37,730 nt of DNA from Arcobacteraceae bacterium (GTDB lineage: Bacteria; Campylobacterota; Campylobacteria; Campylobacterales; Arcobacteraceae), in contig JBLWVX010000026.1 of assembly GCA_048268245.1 (NCBI GenBank), forward strand, positions 1-37,730, read 5' to 3'. The notes beneath the pieces were generated by a model. That model did no database searches, was not told the origin of the DNA, and saw only the letters and a program-made list of their open reading frames with translations. How positions within the stretch are numbered: position 1 is the first letter of the stretch; each line of letters begins with the position of its first letter. This document shows positions 1 through 11,117 of this stretch, one piece after another. A program made the translations under genes and the position numbers.

Positions 1-35
1 TGAGCAATGAATGTAACATTTTTTATTTCATAAGT

Positions 36-1444
36 CTTGAACCAAAACATATGATGTATTGAAATAGATACTACAAAGATGAAAATTTCAATATATGGCC
101 TTGAACCAAAACATATGATGTATTGAAATACATGAAGTGATCCAGTGTGAAACTGCTGCTGAACTTGAACCAAAACATATGATGTATTGAAATGTCGATT
201 AGTTGGATTTGTTTTTTATTTATTTTTGAACTTGAACCAAAACATATGATGTATTGAAATAAAAAACTATAGTCGTATTTATTGTCTTTATAAACTTGAA
301 CCAAAACATATGATGTATTGAAATACAACAAATACATGTTTCTTAAAACCATCTACAAAACTTGAACCAAAACATATGATGTATTGAAATGCAAAGAAAA
401 GAAAACAATGAGCTACTAGGGGATATACTTGAACCAAAACATATGATGTATTGAAATGTCAAGAATATGCACCGAATACACTCTATACAAACTTGAACCA
501 AAACATATGATGTATTGAAATAAATATGTAAATGCAAGCAAAAAGGCTTTATATGCTTGAACCAAAACATATGATGTATTGAAATGGGGGCAGTGAATAA
601 AAGAGGTACTTTGTTGCTAGACTTGAACCAAAACATATGATGTATTGAAATGATGAACCATTAAAAGATTGTTTTTGTAAAATATAGGCTTGAACCAAAA
701 CATATGATGTATTGAAATTATTTCTGTCTCTATCCCAATCTTTACCCCATAACAATCTTGAACCAAAACATATGATGTATTGAAATCAAGATATAGTATC
801 TATCGGTTTAGGAGTTTTACAAGCCTTGAACCAAAACATATGATGTATTGAAATGACATTCCTTTATCGCTAAAACATTTTTGAATATCTTGAACCAAAA
901 CATATGATGTATTGAAATAACAATGGTTTAAGTATTGATTTTTCTTTATTTATACCCTTGAACCAAAACATATGATGTATTGAAATTATTTAACCCTTTA
1001 CAATTGAAATTATTGTTTCTATCTTGAACCAAAACATATGATGTATTGAAATACAAGACAAAATTTAAAGCTGAATTATTAGCACTCTTGAACCAAAACA
1101 TATGATGTATTGAAATGATTTAGAATTAAATGATACTGACTATAGATTTTTTCTTGAACCAAAACATATGATGTATTGAAATTTTGTAAAAATATTAATA
1201 TCGCTATTTTTTTCTTGACTTGAACCAAAACATATGATGTATTGAAATTTTTAAAAGTTAAAAAAGGTGCTGGAGATACATTTGCTTGAACCAAAACATA
1301 TGATGTATTGAAATGGTATATCTGATAAAGAAATACTAGATACACCCACCTTGAACCAAAACATATGATGTATTGAAATGATATTACAGGGTTTTTAGGA
1401 AATACTTTAAATAGCTTGAACCAAAACATATGATGTATTGAAAT
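36..1444 (+). CRISPR. CRISPR array: 22 identical 30-bp repeats CTTGAACCAAAACATATGATGTATTGAAAT with 34-38 nt spacers; probably continues left of the window; type I-B/III-like repeat
   Basis: Repeats start at 36,100,164,231,295,361,428,492,556,622,689,757,825,889,957,1023,1087,1153,1219,1285,1350,1415. The 3' ATTGAAAT handle and the degenerate copy on the right suggest + strand transcription. No cas genes in the window. Confidence 0.99.
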
Positions 1445-1494
1445 TGACAAATAGGAGAATCACTAAAAACCTTCACAATTCTTTTTCTAAAATT

Positions 1495-1524
1495 ATTAAA
1501 TCAAAACATATGATATAATTACTT
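1495..1524 (+). repeat. Degenerate terminal CRISPR repeat containing an extended -10 box (TGATATAAT, 1511-1519)
   Basis: ATTAAATCAAAACATATGATATAATTACTT matches the repeat at 22/30 positions and lies 50 nt after the last perfect repeat. Confidence 0.7.
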
Positions 1525-1546
1525 ATTATAGTTTAAAGGTATAGTT

Positions 1547-1954
1547 ATGTATAGAATTATGTACTTAAGTAGGGCTGTTGTTAGATTCTCTGATGAAGAG
1601 CTTGAAGAGCTACTTTTAAAAGCTAGACAAAATAATAGTAAAAGAAATGTTACAGGATTATTGATATTAAAAGGTAGAAGTTTTTTACAATGCTTGGAAG
1701 GTAAAAAAGAGGATGTTTTAGCAATCTTTGAAAAAATCAAAAATGATGACAGACATGACTCCTTAATAGAGGTTATAATTGAAGAGGATTCTAAAAGGTA
1801 TTTCCCAAACTGGTCTATGGGTTATAAACCAATAAATCATTTAGATGAAGTAAAAACTAAAAAATTGATTGATTTTTCAGAAGCAAAAAATATAAATGCC
1901 TTTTCAAATGATGATATATCAGAAATATTCAAAGAGTTTATAGAGGTTAAGTGA
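1547..1954 (+). CDS. Stand-alone BLUF domain blue-light sensor
   Basis: Conserved Tyr (MYLSRA), NN...VTGLL, FLQCLEG (Gln), DDRH, RYFPNWSM; RBS AAAGGT. Confidence 0.93.
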   Translation: MYRIMYLSRAVVRFSDEELEELLLKARQNNSKRNVTGLLILKGRSFLQCLEGKKEDVLAIFEKIKNDDRHDSLIEVIIEEDSKRYFPNWSMGYKPINHLDEVKTKKLIDFSEAKNINAFSNDDISEIFKEFIEVK

Positions 1955-1998
1955 TTTTATATTATGATGTCATTTTAAATACAAACTAGGATTTATAA

Positions 1999-2748
1999 AT
2001 GATTAAAAAAATTGATATAGAAAGTGAAGAGTATCAAACTGAACTTGAACTGACAAAACAGTTCACTGATAAAGTTGTTGAGAGATTTGATTTTAGATAT
2101 AACCCAAATGATGAGGTAAATGAATCAATTCAAATGGGTCTTACAAGAAACAAAATGATTTATGGAAAGAGATACTGTCCATGTTTTATGGTTGTTGGTG
2201 AGACAAAAGAAGAACAAAAAGCTGCCAACAACCGATTATGTCCATGTACACCTGCTTTAGAAAAAGAGATACCTACAAGTGGAAGCTGTCATTGTGGGAT
2301 TTTCTGTACACCACAATTTGCACAAGAAGCTGCACAAGAAGAGCAAATGCATGATGCAATTGCTACTCATTCAAGAGGGCTTACAAAAGAAGAGTGTGAA
2401 AAACTTTTAGAAAAACAAGAAGTAAATGCAGTAGAGTTAGAGTCACTACTTGAAGCTAGAGATTTAGGCTTTGTAAAATTCAATCTTGTTGACACAAGAG
2501 AGTGGATGGAGTGGGTAAGTCAAAGAATCAAAGGTACTGATTATTTAGTTCCTACAACTGCATTTTATCAAGCTTTAGAGCAAATAGATGATCAAAAAGA
2601 TACACCTGTTGTTGTATATTGTTTAAGTGGAAGTAGATCAGCATATTGTCAAAGAATTATGCTTGATTTAGGCTTTAAGTCAGTTGCAAACTTAGATTAT
2701 GGTATCTCAACATATCAAGGTGAGTGTTTAAGTGGTGAAGAAGAGTAA
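1999..2748 (+). CDS. Ferredoxin-thioredoxin reductase catalytic domain fused to a rhodanese domain
   Basis: CPC...CPC...CHC pattern of the FTR catalytic subunit; C-terminal LVDTRE...YCLSGSRS rhodanese signature. Confidence 0.88.
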   Translation: MIKKIDIESEEYQTELELTKQFTDKVVERFDFRYNPNDEVNESIQMGLTRNKMIYGKRYCPCFMVVGETKEEQKAANNRLCPCTPALEKEIPTSGSCHCGIFCTPQFAQEAAQEEQMHDAIATHSRGLTKEECEKLLEKQEVNAVELESLLEARDLGFVKFNLVDTREWMEWVSQRIKGTDYLVPTTAFYQALEQIDDQKDTPVVVYCLSGSRSAYCQRIMLDLGFKSVANLDYGISTYQGECLSGEEE

Positions 2749-2760
2749 AGAAAAGTGTAG

Positions 2761-3807
2761 TTAAACTACACTCTCTTTATACTCATCTGAGTACTTTTTC
2801 AATAATCTCATTATTGAAATAAAAAATGTAACTGTTGCAGGTCCTATAATCATACCCCAAAATCCAAAGGTAGAAAGTCCAGCTACAATAGAGAAGAAGA
2901 TTAAAATTTCATTTATTTTGGTAGGACTCCTAACTATTTTTTGGTTTATATATTTTATGATTATAGGCTTTGCAAAAGTATCTGCAAATATAGAAATCAT
3001 CAAAATTGAATATACTGCAATTACAATAGCATTTGTAATACTTCCTGTCATAGCTTCATATATGGCAATGGGAACCCACATAATAGCTCCTCCAATTACA
3101 GGTATAAGTGAAGCAAAACCATATAAAACTCCAAATAGTAAACCATCATATCTATAAAAAGTTAAGAAAAATCCAAATAAAAAACCTTCAAATACAGCAG
3201 TAACTAAAATAGAATATAAAACTACTGTCATTACATTTGATGATTCTGAGAAAAGAATAATTGAATCATCTTTTTTTATAGGAAGTAAACCTTTTACATA
3301 AGTTGAAAGGTTTTGTGCATATAGTGTAAAAAAGAAGAAAAATATAAGTATCATAACCATATCCATCATAAAAGATGCAGAATTTCTTCCAAGATATGCT
3401 CCTGTTGATATGATGTTTTGTGCTAGTTGACCCACATCTATTTTTTCTAAAATCTGATTTAAAAGGTCTTTTAGAAAGTGAAAGTCTTCTGAGATGTTTT
3501 CAACCCAAAGTTTTAAATTGTTAAAACCATTTATTAGTAGTTTTTGATCTATTCCTTTAAAGGCATTTGCAAAAGAGAAAATGCAATACATAACGGGAAT
3601 AAAAAATATCCCAGCTAAACTTATAGTCATAAAGCTAGTAGCAGCTACTCTACTTTTTAATCTATTCTCTAAGAAAAAAGTCAAAGAGTTTGTAGCAACT
3701 GCAAGAAGTAAAGCTACAAACATTGCTTTTAAAAAGGGTGAAAAAAGTTCTACCATAAAGAAAATTGTAACTAATGCAATTGCGATTAAAAAGTAAACGG
3801 GTCTCAA
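2761..3807 (-). CDS. AI-2E family transporter
   Basis: 348-aa polytopic membrane protein with SLIPVIGG and GFWGMIIGP motifs; overlaps the ruvB stop. Confidence 0.9.
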   Translation of the reverse strand: MRPVYFLIAIALVTIFFMVELFSPFLKAMFVALLLAVATNSLTFFLENRLKSRVAATSFMTISLAGIFFIPVMYCIFSFANAFKGIDQKLLINGFNNLKLWVENISEDFHFLKDLLNQILEKIDVGQLAQNIISTGAYLGRNSASFMMDMVMILIFFFFFTLYAQNLSTYVKGLLPIKKDDSIILFSESSNVMTVVLYSILVTAVFEGFLFGFFLTFYRYDGLLFGVLYGFASLIPVIGGAIMWVPIAIYEAMTGSITNAIVIAVYSILMISIFADTFAKPIIIKYINQKIVRSPTKINEILIFFSIVAGLSTFGFWGMIIGPATVTFFISIMRLLKKYSDEYKESVV

Positions 3808-4832
3808 AATAGCTTACCTTCTGACTCTAGTTTTTCACTTCCTGGATAAGATAGTCTAAACATTTCATAAGTTTTTACAGAAGCAATTCTTCCCCTTGCA
3901 GTTCTTTCTATATATCCATTTGCTAAAAGGTAAGGTTCAATTGCATCTTCAATTGTTCCTTCATCTTCACTAAGTGCAGCTGCCATTGTAGATAATCCCA
4001 TAGGTTTACCTTTATTTGAAACTAAAAGTTCAAGTAAGTTTATATCCATCTCATCAAAACCTGTTTCATTTACTCCAAGTTCATCAAGTGCATATTGAGC
4101 TCTTTTCATATGAATAGAGTTTTCATTTTCAACTTCAGCAAAATCTCTTACTCTTCTAAGTAGTCTTAATGCCACTCTTGGTGTTCCTCTACTTCTTCTT
4201 GAAATTTCAAGAGCAGCATCATCTTCACAATTCTTTTCAAGTTTAAATGATGCTTTTTGAATAATCTTTGCTAATTCATCATGTGTATAAAACTGCATTC
4301 TAAAGTGCATACCAAATCTTTCTCTTAAAGGATTTGATAACATACCCGCTCTTGTAGTAGCGCCAATTAAAGTAAATCTTGGAAGATCAATCTTTACAGT
4401 TTGTGCAGCAGGTCCTGAACCTATAATAATATCAAGTCTATAATCTTCCATTGCAGGATAAAGAATCTCTTCAACAGCTGGGCTAAGCCTATGAATCTCA
4501 TCAATAAATAGAATATCACCTTCTTCAAGGTTTGTTAAAATTGCAGCTAAATCTCCTGATTTTTCTATCATAGGACCTGCTGTAATTTTAATATTTGTGT
4601 TCATTTCATTTGAAATTAGATAAGAAATAGTAGTTTTACCAAGTCCAGGAGGACCATAAAAAAGTATATGATCTAAGGCTTCAGCTCTTTTTTTAGAAGC
4701 CTCAATAAAAATTTTTAGGTTTTTTTTGATTTTTTCTTGACCTATATAGTCATCCCATGAAGAAGGACGTAGACTAACTTCCGCATTATCTTCTTCAAAA
4801 GAGACTTGTTCAACTTCTACAACTCTTTCCAT
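3804..4832 (-). CDS. ruvB: Holliday junction branch migration helicase RuvB
   Basis: [17 protein letters not shown] Walker [14 protein letters not shown]. Confidence 0.98.
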   Translation of the reverse strand: MERVVEVEQVSFEEDNAEVSLRPSSWDDYIGQEKIKKNLKIFIEASKKRAEALDHILFYGPPGLGKTTISYLISNEMNTNIKITAGPMIEKSGDLAAILTNLEEGDILFIDEIHRLSPAVEEILYPAMEDYRLDIIIGSGPAAQTVKIDLPRFTLIGATTRAGMLSNPLRERFGMHFRMQFYTHDELAKIIQKASFKLEKNCEDDAALEISRRSRGTPRVALRLLRRVRDFAEVENENSIHMKRAQYALDELGVNETGFDEMDINLLELLVSNKGKPMGLSTMAAALSEDEGTIEDAIEPYLLANGYIERTARGRIASVKTYEMFRLSYPGSEKLESEGKLF

Positions 4833-4834
4833 TC

Positions 4835-5644
4835 TTAGTACTCTTCCTCTTTTGCAGGAAATGATGAGTCTTGAACATCACTTCTGTATTGATTTACAGC
4901 TTCTTTTACAACAGATGCTCCATTCATATAGTGTCTTACAAATTTTGGTTTAAACTCTTCAAAGAATCCAAGCATATCAGACCAAACTAAAACTTGTCCA
5001 TCAGTTACATTTCCAGCACCAATACCTATAGTTGGAATAGAAACAGCTTCACTAATTTTCTTAGCAACATCACTCATAACACCTTCAACTACAATAGCAA
5101 AAGCTCCTGCTTTTTCAACTGCTATGGCATCTTTGATTAGTTGTTCTGTATCTTCTGGTGTTTTACCTCTTACTTTATATCCACCTTCACTTCTTACATA
5201 CTGAGGCATAAGTCCTATGTGTCCCATAACTGCAATAGAGTTTGAAGTTAAATGTTTGATAATATGTGCTCTATCTTCTCCGCCCTCAATTTTAATTGCT
5301 GCTGCATTTGTTTCTTGGTAAACTTTAACTGCATTGTTTAAAGCATCATTTTCATTGTTGTAAGTTCCAAAAGGCATATCTAAAATTACAAAGGCTTTAG
5401 GTGCTCCTGTACAAACTGCATTTGTGTGATAAATCATTTGATCAAGAGTTGCAGATAAAGTATCTGGTTTCCCAGCAAAACTCATGTTTAAACTATCACC
5501 TACTAAAATCATATCAGCAATCTCTTCAAATAGTTTCGCAAAAAGTGCATCATAAGCTGTAATCATTGTAAGTTTTTTATTATTTTTAGCTTTTTTTATT
5601 TTTGTTACATTCATTTTTTCAAAATCATTTTTGATAATACTCAT
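4835..5644 (-). CDS. panB: 3-methyl-2-oxobutanoate hydroxymethyltransferase
   Basis: [43 protein letters not shown]. Confidence 0.97.
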   Translation of the reverse strand: MSIIKNDFEKMNVTKIKKAKNNKKLTMITAYDALFAKLFEEIADMILVGDSLNMSFAGKPDTLSATLDQMIYHTNAVCTGAPKAFVILDMPFGTYNNENDALNNAVKVYQETNAAAIKIEGGEDRAHIIKHLTSNSIAVMGHIGLMPQYVRSEGGYKVRGKTPEDTEQLIKDAIAVEKAGAFAIVVEGVMSDVAKKISEAVSIPTIGIGAGNVTDGQVLVWSDMLGFFEEFKPKFVRHYMNGASVVKEAVNQYRSDVQDSSFPAKEEEY

Positions 5645-5786
5645 TTTAAGTTTTCCTAATAGTGTATTTAAATTTCTAAATATTGTATCTAAATTATTCC
5701 AACATTATCGTAAAGTAGGTACTGTTTTAGAAAAAATTAATAAATATAAAGCTACATTAAAGTAACGAAAAAAGGTTATTATATAT

Positions 5787-8700
5787 ATGATTAAAAAACT
5801 AATTTTATTCTTTACAATACTTGTTATAAACCTCCATGCAAATATTAGTGTTTCAGGACTTAGTGAAAAGCAAACTTTATGGCTTAAGGAACACCCTGTG
5901 ATTGTTGCTCAAAATGAAGCTGATTATATTCCTATAAATTTTAATAAAAACAGTATTGCTCAGGGGTATTCAATAGATTTTATGAAGTTAGTTGCTTCAA
6001 AACTTGGCATAAAAGTAGAGTATACACAAGGATATGCATGGAATGAATATCTTGATATGGCAAAAGAAAAAAAGATTGATATTGTTTTAAATATTGTAAA
6101 GACGGATGAAAGACTAGAGTATTTGAATTTTACAAAACCTTATTTAAAGTCCCATCCTTTTATATATTCAAAAAAAGATAAACCAATTAACTCACTTGAA
6201 GAGTTAAAAGGTAAAACTTTAGCTATTCCAAAAGGTTATTATTTTGAATCACTTTTTACAAAATATTATCCAAAGATAAAGTTATTATCTTTTAAAAATA
6301 ATTTAGAAGCATTAAAAGCTGTATCTGTTGGACAAGCTGAGGCTACAGTTGGAATGGCTTCTACCTTTGAATACCTAATAAATGAACATTTTATTACAAA
6401 TGTAGCAATCAGTGCAGAAGCAAAAATTGAAGGTATTTCTAAATATTTTGAAAGAATAGGGATTAGAAAAGACTGGCAGATATTTCAAGAAATATTAGAT
6501 ATTGCGATATCTCAAATCAAATATGAAGAAGAGTTATACTTAAAAGAAAAATGGAAATTAGCTTTTGAGAAAAAGAAAAATAAAGTTTTAAAGACTTTTA
6601 CAAAAGAAGAGTTAGCTTGGATAGAAAACAAAAAAGTTTTAAAAGTTTATAATGAAAAAGATTGGGCTCCATATAATTACACAATAAATGATAAACCAAT
6701 GGGCTATTCAATTGATTATATTGAAGAAATAGCGGATGAATTAGGACTTGAATTAGAATTTGTTAGAGGTATTTCTTGGAGTGAAGCTTTAGACAAATTA
6801 AAAGCAAATGAGCTTGATTTGGTTTTAAATATAGCAAAAACAAAAAAAAGAGAAAATGATTTTTTATATACAAAAAATAGTTTTCTTAAAATAACTAATG
6901 GCCTTGTTTTAAGAAGAGATTCTCAAGTAGTAAATACTTTTGAAGATTTAGATGGTAAAAAACTAGCTATTGTAAAAGATTATTTTGTTGATGAATTAAT
7001 TGAAAATAAATACCCAAATATTGAGGTTCTAGCTTTAAAAAATAGTACTGAAGTTGTAAGAGCTGTATCTGATGGTTTCGCTGATATTGGTCATGGTTCA
7101 TTAGGATCATTACAACATGTAATGCTAGAAAACTATATTACAAATTTAAAATACATAAAAGAAAATGAGTCTTCAAACAATTTATATATTGCATCAAGTA
7201 AAAATAATGAAATTCTTATATCTTTAATAAATAAAGTAGAAGAATCATTGTCAAGTTCTCAACTAAATGAAATAAAGAAAAAATGGTTTGTAACAAATGA
7301 AAATAAAAAACCATCTTTCAAGTTAACAAATGAAGAAAGAGTTTGGCTTAATAAAAATGAGATTGTTTTAGGAGTTGATAAAGATTATGCCCCTATGAAC
7401 TTTCTTGATAATAATAAAGAACTAAAAGGTCTTTCTATTGATTTTATTGAGGCTCTAGAAAAACAAATAGGTAAGAAAATAAACTTTTATGTAGACACTT
7501 GGCCAGAGGTTTTAGATAAAGCAATGAATCATGAAATAGATGGAATAATAAATATCAATGAAAGCGAAACTAGAAAAGAAAAACTTCTATTTACTAAACC
7601 ATATATTACTATTCCTATGGGTGTTATAACAAAAAGTGATTTTGAAAAATATACTAACTTAGATGATTTTAAAAATAAAATCTTAGTGGTTAAAAAACAG
7701 ACTATAGAAGTAGAATACTTATCAAAAAATTTCCCTGATATAAAACTTATGATTGTAAACAACTACAAAGATGCACTTAGCTTAATAAGCGAAGAAAAAG
7801 CAGATGGTATTTTTGCTCCATTACCTATAATTTTGCATAATATAAAAAAATATTTGATTTCAGATTTAAAAGTAAATGTAATTCATTTTAATGAAACAAT
7901 AGGGCATCAACAAATAGGTGTTAAAAATACAAATTCGATTTTGCTATCAATTTTAAATAAAGGTATAAATCAAATTGATATTAAAAAAAGAGATGAAATT
8001 GTTGATAAATGGTTAAAAATTGAATATAAGCAAAATGAAACATATACTTTTTTATGGAAATATTTAGTAGGTGCAGTATTAGTTATCTTGTCTTTAGCTA
8101 TTTTCATTCTTATGTTAAAAATGAAAATTAATAAAGAAGTAGAAAAAAGATTAAGTATTCAAAAGCAAAAAGATGAATATGATTCTATTTTAAATGGTTC
8201 TTCAACAATATTAGTTCTTCATTCAGGAACTGAAATGACTAAGGTAAATAAAGCTTTCTTGAACTTTTTTGATTCTTATGAGAATGTAGAAGATTTTAAA
8301 AAAGATTATGTATGTATGTTTAATTTATTTAAAAAAGTAGATATTCAAAGTTACATATCATCTTTAAATACCGATGTAAATACATGGGTTGAAGATTTAT
8401 ATAATAAACCTGAGAGAAATTTAAAAGTAGTTTTATCAAAAGATGGAAAAGATGAACACTTTTTAATTCATGTAAGTTTAGTGAAACTAGATAATAAAAA
8501 CTACTATTTAATAGAGCTAATTAACATAACTTTAGAAATTTTACAAAGTAAAGAAATCGAAAACAAAAATAGAATTATTACCGAACAATCTAAAATGATA
8601 GCCTTAGGTGAAATGATAGGCAATATAGCTCATCAGTGGAGACAGCCTTTAACTATAATATCTTCAATATCAAGTTCATACAAACTAAAATATGATATGA

Positions 8701-9311
8701 ATTTAGAGATAAACAATGAAGATTTAGTAAAAGATATGACTAAGATAACTGATACTTCAAAGTATTTATCTCAAACAATTGATGATTTTAGAAACTTTAT
8801 AAAAGGTGATAAGTTTAAAGATGAGTTTAATGTAAGTAGTAGTATCAATAAAGCTTTAAATATGGTAGGTACTGCAATGGCAAACAACTATATAAATATT
8901 CAAACTAAGATGAAAGGAAATCTTAGAATTGAAAGTTATGAGAATGAATTAATTCAATGTCTTTCGAATATTTTAAACAATGCAAAAGATGCTCTTAAAG
9001 ATGTAAGTGAAGAGAATAGGGTAGTTAGAGTTTTCCTTGAAGAGTTTGAAGATGGTGTTGTTATAACTATTCATGATAATGCAGGGGGAATACCTGATAA
9101 TATTTTAAAGAAAGTATTTGAACCATATTTTACTACAAAACATGAGTCTCAAGGTACAGGTCTTGGACTTTATATGTGTTATAAGATAATAAATGAAAGT
9201 TTAAATGGGGATATAAAGATTTTAAATGAAGAGTTAAAAGTAAATAATGAAGTTTATACAGGAGCAAAAATAGTAATACAACTTCCAAGGAAATTAAAGA
9301 AAGAAGATTGA
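5787..9311 (+). CDS. Sensor histidine kinase with three periplasmic family-3 solute-binding domains
   Basis: Three repeated SBP-like units (DYIP/DWAP/DYAP...G(Y/L)SID), a TM segment, H-box IAHQWRQPL, N-box NILNNAKDA, DNAGGI, GTGLGLY. Confidence 0.92.
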   Translation: MIKKLILFFTILVINLHANISVSGLSEKQTLWLKEHPVIVAQNEADYIPINFNKNSIAQGYSIDFMKLVASKLGIKVEYTQGYAWNEYLDMAKEKKIDIVLNIVKTDERLEYLNFTKPYLKSHPFIYSKKDKPINSLEELKGKTLAIPKGYYFESLFTKYYPKIKLLSFKNNLEALKAVSVGQAEATVGMASTFEYLINEHFITNVAISAEAKIEGISKYFERIGIRKDWQIFQEILDIAISQIKYEEELYLKEKWKLAFEKKKNKVLKTFTKEELAWIENKKVLKVYNEKDWAPYNYTINDKPMGYSIDYIEEIADELGLELEFVRGISWSEALDKLKANELDLVLNIAKTKKRENDFLYTKNSFLKITNGLVLRRDSQVVNTFEDLDGKKLAIVKDYFVDELIENKYPNIEVLALKNSTEVVRAVSDGFADIGHGSLGSLQHVMLENYITNLKYIKENESSNNLYIASSKNNEILISLINKVEESLSSSQLNEIKKKWFVTNENKKPSFKLTNEERVWLNKNEIVLGVDKDYAPMNFLDNNKELKGLSIDFIEALEKQIGKKINFYVDTWPEVLDKAMNHEIDGIININESETRKEKLLFTKPYITIPMGVITKSDFEKYTNLDDFKNKILVVKKQTIEVEYLSKNFPDIKLMIVNNYKDALSLISEEKADGIFAPLPIILHNIKKYLISDLKVNVIHFNETIGHQQIGVKNTNSILLSILNKGINQIDIKKRDEIVDKWLKIEYKQNETYTFLWKYLVGAVLVILSLAIFILMLKMKINKEVEKRLSIQKQKDEYDSILNGSSTILVLHSGTEMTKVNKAFLNFFDSYENVEDFKKDYVCMFNLFKKVDIQSYISSLNTDVNTWVEDLYNKPERNLKVVLSKDGKDEHFLIHVSLVKLDNKNYYLIELINITLEILQSKEIENKNRIITEQSKMIALGEMIGNIAHQWRQPLTIISSISSSYKLKYDMNLEINNEDLVKDMTKITDTSKYLSQTIDDFRNFIKGDKFKDEFNVSSSINKALNMVGTAMANNYINIQTKMKGNLRIESYENELIQCLSNILNNAKDALKDVSEENRVVRVFLEEFEDGVVITIHDNAGGIPDNILKKVFEPYFTTKHESQGTGLGLYMCYKIINESLNGDIKILNEELKVNNEVYTGAKIVIQLPRKLKKED

Positions 9312-9402
9312 TTTTAAGTTGGCTTTTTTAGGCTAAATATAAAAAAAAGATGATTTTTGATAGAATGTAATATTTTATAAATATTTAATAGGATTATTCT
9401 AA

Positions 9403-10158
9403 ATGGGTGAGAACACACAGAAAAAATTAGTTGGTTATATAACTTCATCAGTTCCTGATAATAGTTTTAGTGTCGATTTAGCTTTTAGTATGAAAGAAGC
9501 AGGAGTTGATATTTTGGAGTTAGGTATTCCTTTCTCTGATCCTGTTGCAGATGGACCTGTAATTGAAAAGGCAAATCAAATTGCTTTAGCAAATAATTTT
9601 AAGCTTGATGATTTATTTGAAGTATCTTCAAAAATAGCAAAAGATATTGATACTTTATGGATGGGATATATGAATCCTTTCTTTAGTTATGGGGTTGAAA
9701 ACTTTTTAAAAAAAGCAGATGAATTTGGTGTTAATGGAACAATTATTCCAGATGTACCATTTGAGATGGCAGAAAATTTAAAAGATTTATATACTAAATA
9801 CAATAAAGCAAATATTTCATTTGTAGCTCCAACTCATAGTGAAGATAGAATTAAACAAGTAGTTGAAAACTCACAAAAGTTTATTTATATGGTTGCTTAT
9901 GCAGGTATTACAGGTAGTGGTCAAAGTGAAGACTTATCACAAGTAATTGAGAATGTAAGAAAACATACTAAAACACCTTTATATATAGGTTTTGGTGTTG
10001 ATGAAAAAACTTGTCAAGAAAAAGCAAAAGGTGTTGATGGGGTTATTGTTGGTAGTGCTTTTGTAAAGCATTTAATTGATGATAGTTTATCAAATAGTGA
10101 AAAAATAAATAAAATCTCTTCAATTGCAAAAGAGATTAAAGAAAAAATAAACCAATAA
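9403..10158 (+). CDS. trpA: Tryptophan synthase alpha chain
   Basis: LELGIPFSDPVADGPVI, GITG, IGFG, DGVIVGSA. Confidence 0.96.
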   Translation: MGENTQKKLVGYITSSVPDNSFSVDLAFSMKEAGVDILELGIPFSDPVADGPVIEKANQIALANNFKLDDLFEVSSKIAKDIDTLWMGYMNPFFSYGVENFLKKADEFGVNGTIIPDVPFEMAENLKDLYTKYNKANISFVAPTHSEDRIKQVVENSQKFIYMVAYAGITGSGQSEDLSQVIENVRKHTKTPLYIGFGVDEKTCQEKAKGVDGVIVGSAFVKHLIDDSLSNSEKINKISSIAKEIKEKINQ

Positions 10159-10159
10159 A

Positions 10160-10897
10160 ATGCATATTTTAAATAAAGATATTGAGTTTGTTGAGGAACA
10201 AAGAGAGTGTTCTTACTTTGATAATGAAATATCTGATATAAGATATAGATATATGTTTGATTGCTCTACTGAACAGTATCAACAGATGTTAGAGCGAGGT
10301 TGGAGAAGATTTGGTAAAATGCATTTTGTTCCAGAGTGTAGAGCTTGTGATAAATGTATATCTATGAGAATTGATGTAAAAAATTATAAATTTTCAAAAT
10401 CTGAAAAAAGAGTAATTTCTAAAAATAAAGATACAAAACTTTATATTAGACCTCCATCTATGACAGTTGAACATTTAGATTTATACAACAAATATCATGA
10501 ACATATGAATCAAAAAAAAGATTGGCCTTTTACAAAAATAGAGCCAAATGAGTATGTGAAATCTTATGTTGAAGGTAAAGCTTCGTATGCAAAAGAGTTT
10601 TTATATATGAAGGATGATAAATTAATAGGAGTAGCTTTAGTAGATATATTACCTAAGTCTATCTCTGCAATTTATTGTTATTATGATCATGAATATGCTG
10701 ATTTATCAATTGGAAAATTTTCTATTTTAGCTCAAATAAAAATAGCAAAAGAGATGAATATTCCTTATATTTATTTAGGTTATTGGATTAAAGATCATTT
10801 TTCTATGGGATATAAAGAAGCATATCAACCATTTGAAGTTCTTAAAAATAGACCTACTATAAATGAAGAAACTATATGGGAAAAATATGAACTATAA
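10160..10897 (+). CDS. ate: Arginyl-tRNA-protein transferase family (Ate/Bpt, N-degron pathway)
   Basis: CSY, GWRRFG, CxxC, SAIYCYYD, YIYLGYWI, YK motifs. Confidence 0.88.
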   Translation: MHILNKDIEFVEEQRECSYFDNEISDIRYRYMFDCSTEQYQQMLERGWRRFGKMHFVPECRACDKCISMRIDVKNYKFSKSEKRVISKNKDTKLYIRPPSMTVEHLDLYNKYHEHMNQKKDWPFTKIEPNEYVKSYVEGKASYAKEFLYMKDDKLIGVALVDILPKSISAIYCYYDHEYADLSIGKFSILAQIKIAKEMNIPYIYLGYWIKDHFSMGYKEAYQPFEVLKNRPTINEETIWEKYEL

Positions 10898-11117
10898 TGT
10901 TGTTGTAATTGTTTCTGCCGTAATTTGTGCTATAATTTCTTTGTTACTAAGCTACTATGGCGTATTGTTAATATTAGATGAAGATAGCTCTCTATTTAAA
11001 ATAGCTCAATTGGCTATAGCTGTAGCATCTATGACAACTTTTTATGCACCAATCAAACATTTATTGTTAAAATATATGGATATAGATATAGAAGAAAGTG
11101 AGAATAAAAATGACTAG
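10887..11117 (+). CDS. Small two-TM hypothetical protein
   Basis: ORF with two hydrophobic segments in an operon with overlapping neighbours; start taken at the ATG at 10887. Confidence 0.7.
   Translation: MNYNVVVIVSAVICAIISLLLSYYGVLLILDEDSSLFKIAQLAIAVASMTTFYAPIKHLLLKYMDIDIEESENKND

Noticed and set aside
1001..1010. ATTGAAAT handle-like sequence inside a spacer
   Set aside because: An 8-nt AT-rich match is plausible by chance, and the repeat spacing is undisturbed.
71..1450. Four minus-strand ORFs with repeated FNTSYVLVQ / ISIHHMFWFK peptides
   Set aside because: They are translations of the CRISPR repeats.
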